46,474 bases of DNA from an uncultured Bdellovibrionales bacterium. Its GTDB lineage: Bacteria; Bdellovibrionota_C; UBA2361; J135. The notes under the pieces are model-generated. The model was given only the letters and a program-made list of their open reading frames with translations. It did not search any database and was not told the DNA's origin. Position numbers and translations under genes: made by a program. Below are positions 45,164-46,474 of this stretch, one piece after another. Location: NCBI GenBank assembly GCA_964523015.1, contig CAZFXN010000006.1, positions 21,211 to 67,684 of the forward strand. Direction: 5' to 3'. Position 1 is the stretch's first letter; the number at the start of each line of letters is the position of its first letter.

Positions 45164-46474
45164 TTACCAACTTTTCCTCTTACTAGATCCGCCCATAATA
45201 GATCCCATAATACCTCTAATAATCTGTCGTCCAACCTGAGATCCAATTGCTCTAGCTGCGCTAGTAATAAGGGCTTGTAGTGGGCTTTGAGCTTTTCTGC
45301 CTGGTTTTGAATCTGTAGTAGCTTTGGTATCTTTATGACCACCACCAACATCACTTAAAGATTCCTTTAAAGCATTCTCTCTCTTTTTTAATTTTTCATA
45401 AGCTGATTCGCGATCAACTAATTCCTCATAATGTCCAAAAAGGGTAGAGATTTTGATAAGTTCGGCTCTTTCATTTATGGTAAGAGTTCCTAATCTACTT
45501 CTTGGCGGGGCCATAAGTGTCCACTCAACAAAATTAGGTGCGCCTTTTAAGTCTAGTGTGGAGACTAACGCCTCACCAACACCTAATTCAGATATTGCTT
45601 TTGCAATGTCTATCGATCCATCACTTCTAAATGTTTCTGCTGCCGCTTTAATTGCTTTTTCATCCCGAGCACTAAAGGCTCTTAGAGCATGCTGGATTCT
45701 ATTTCCTAACTGACCTAGTACAGAATCAGGAATATCAGTTGGGCTCTGAGTTACAAAATATATCCCCACGCCCTTAGATCTGACTAACCGTACAACAAGC
45801 TCAATTTTCTCTATAAGGGCACTCGGTGCATTATCAAATAAAAGATGAGCTTCATCAAAAAAGAAGACAAATTTAGGTTTTTCTAAATCCCCTACTTCTG
45901 GCAGATGTTCATAAATCTCAGAAAGCAACCAAAGAAGTAGAGTTGAGTAAACTTTAGGTTGCTGCATTAATCTTGAAGCAGCAAGGATATTTATTGCACC
46001 TAAACCCCGACTGTCTGTTTGAATTAGATCGTTAATATCGAGCATCGGCTCGCCAAAAAACTGATCCCCTCCCTGCTCTGATAAAACTAAAATCCCCCGC
46101 TGAATCGCACCAATACTTGCTAAGGAGATGTTTCCATAAGAGCTAGTATATTCCTTAGCACTCTCCCCTACATGTTGAACTACCGCGTGGAGATCTTTTA
46201 GATCGATTAATAAAAGCCCATTGTCATCGGCAATTTTAAATACAAGGGTTAATACACCAGATTGAGTATCATTTAGATTTAGTAATCTACTAAATAGTAA
46301 AGGACCCATATCTGAAACAGTTGCTCTAATCGGATGTCCCTCTTTACCAAATACATCCCACAGAGTTACTGGAAAATACTCAGATTTATACTCTGCCATA
46401 TCAACGCTCTCAGCACGCTCTACTAATTTTTCTCCGGTAGCACCCGGTTGACTTAATGTTGCAAGATCTCCTTT
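45164..46474 (-). CDS. HerA-like / DUF853 (YjgR-like) ATPase. The N-terminus, including Walker A, lies beyond the window end.
   Basis: The open frame continues past the listed Met at 46399 to the window edge. The Walker B region is FVFFFDEAHLLF. The conserved YjgR-like blocks are FPVTLWDVFGKEGHPIRATVSDMGP, IYFVTQSPTDIPDSVLGQLGNRIQHALRAFS, etc. It is convergent with prfC, and the stops are 3 nt apart. Confidence 0.7.
   Translation of the reverse strand, partial: KGDLATLSQPGATGEKLVERAESVDMAEYKSEYFPVTLWDVFGKEGHPIRATVSDMGPLLFSRLLNLNDTQSGVLTLVFKIADDNGLLLIDLKDLHAVVQHVGESAKEYTSSYGNISLASIGAIQRGILVLSEQGGDQFFGEPMLDINDLIQTDSRGLGAINILAASRLMQQPKVYSTLLLWLLSEIYEHLPEVGDLEKPKFVFFFDEAHLLFDNAPSALIEKIELVVRLVRSKGVGIYFVTQSPTDIPDSVLGQLGNRIQHALRAFSARDEKAIKAAAETFRSDGSIDIAKAISELGVGEALVSTLDLKGAPNFVEWTLMAPPRSRLGTLTINERAELIKISTLFGHYEELVDRESAYEKLKKRENALKESLSDVGGGHKDTKATTDSKPGRKAQSPLQALITSAARAIGSQVGRQIIRGIMGSIMGGSSKRKSW

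Overview
This is a 46.5-kb, AT-rich (roughly mid-30s %GC by eye) bacterial chromosomal segment. It is densely coding on both strands, and all long ORFs read cleanly in the standard genetic code. The first 3.2 kb is a pyrimidine operon on the minus strand: pyrR, pyrB, pyrC and a partial carA, preceded by a candidate PyrR-binding leader. Other housekeeping genes are an MscS channel, pyrD, thiE, ispD, a CarD/CdnL regulator, prfC, an M29 aminopeptidase, an ECF sigma factor with an HtrA/DegP protease, a DTW-domain tRNA modifier, an SPFH protein, fcl, a Zn-dependent alcohol dehydrogenase, a PhnP-like MBL hydrolase and a partial HerA-like (DUF853) ATPase. The accessory content is larger than usual. 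It includes a 2788-aa cyclic beta-1,2-glucan synthase (Cgs/NdvB type) flanked by a large class-V PLP enzyme and a GNAT/nitrilase fusion. There is a 986-aa cytoplasmic multidomain protein with an HExxH metalloprotease motif and a DxDGT HAD motif. There is a Dam-family N6-adenine methyltransferase next to an HNH endonuclease gene. That HNH gene carries one in-frame TAA and is bracketed by two near-identical 18-bp palindromes. The most unusual features are two. First, a protein that fuses an N-terminal zinc ribbon to a C-terminal histone-fold domain (like archaeal HMfB and Bdellovibrio HBb) sits directly behind the SPFH gene. Second, three short islands are far more GC-rich than the rest of the window, and they carry ORFs with strong G/C bias at codon third positions, good Shine-Dalgarno sequences and GC-rich hairpins. 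They look like recently acquired, unameliorated foreign genes. The DUF1844 and HBb-like proteins and the AT-rich composition are consistent with a Bdellovibrionota-like (predatory) lineage, but that is only an inference. I saw no rRNA, tRNA or CRISPR array.
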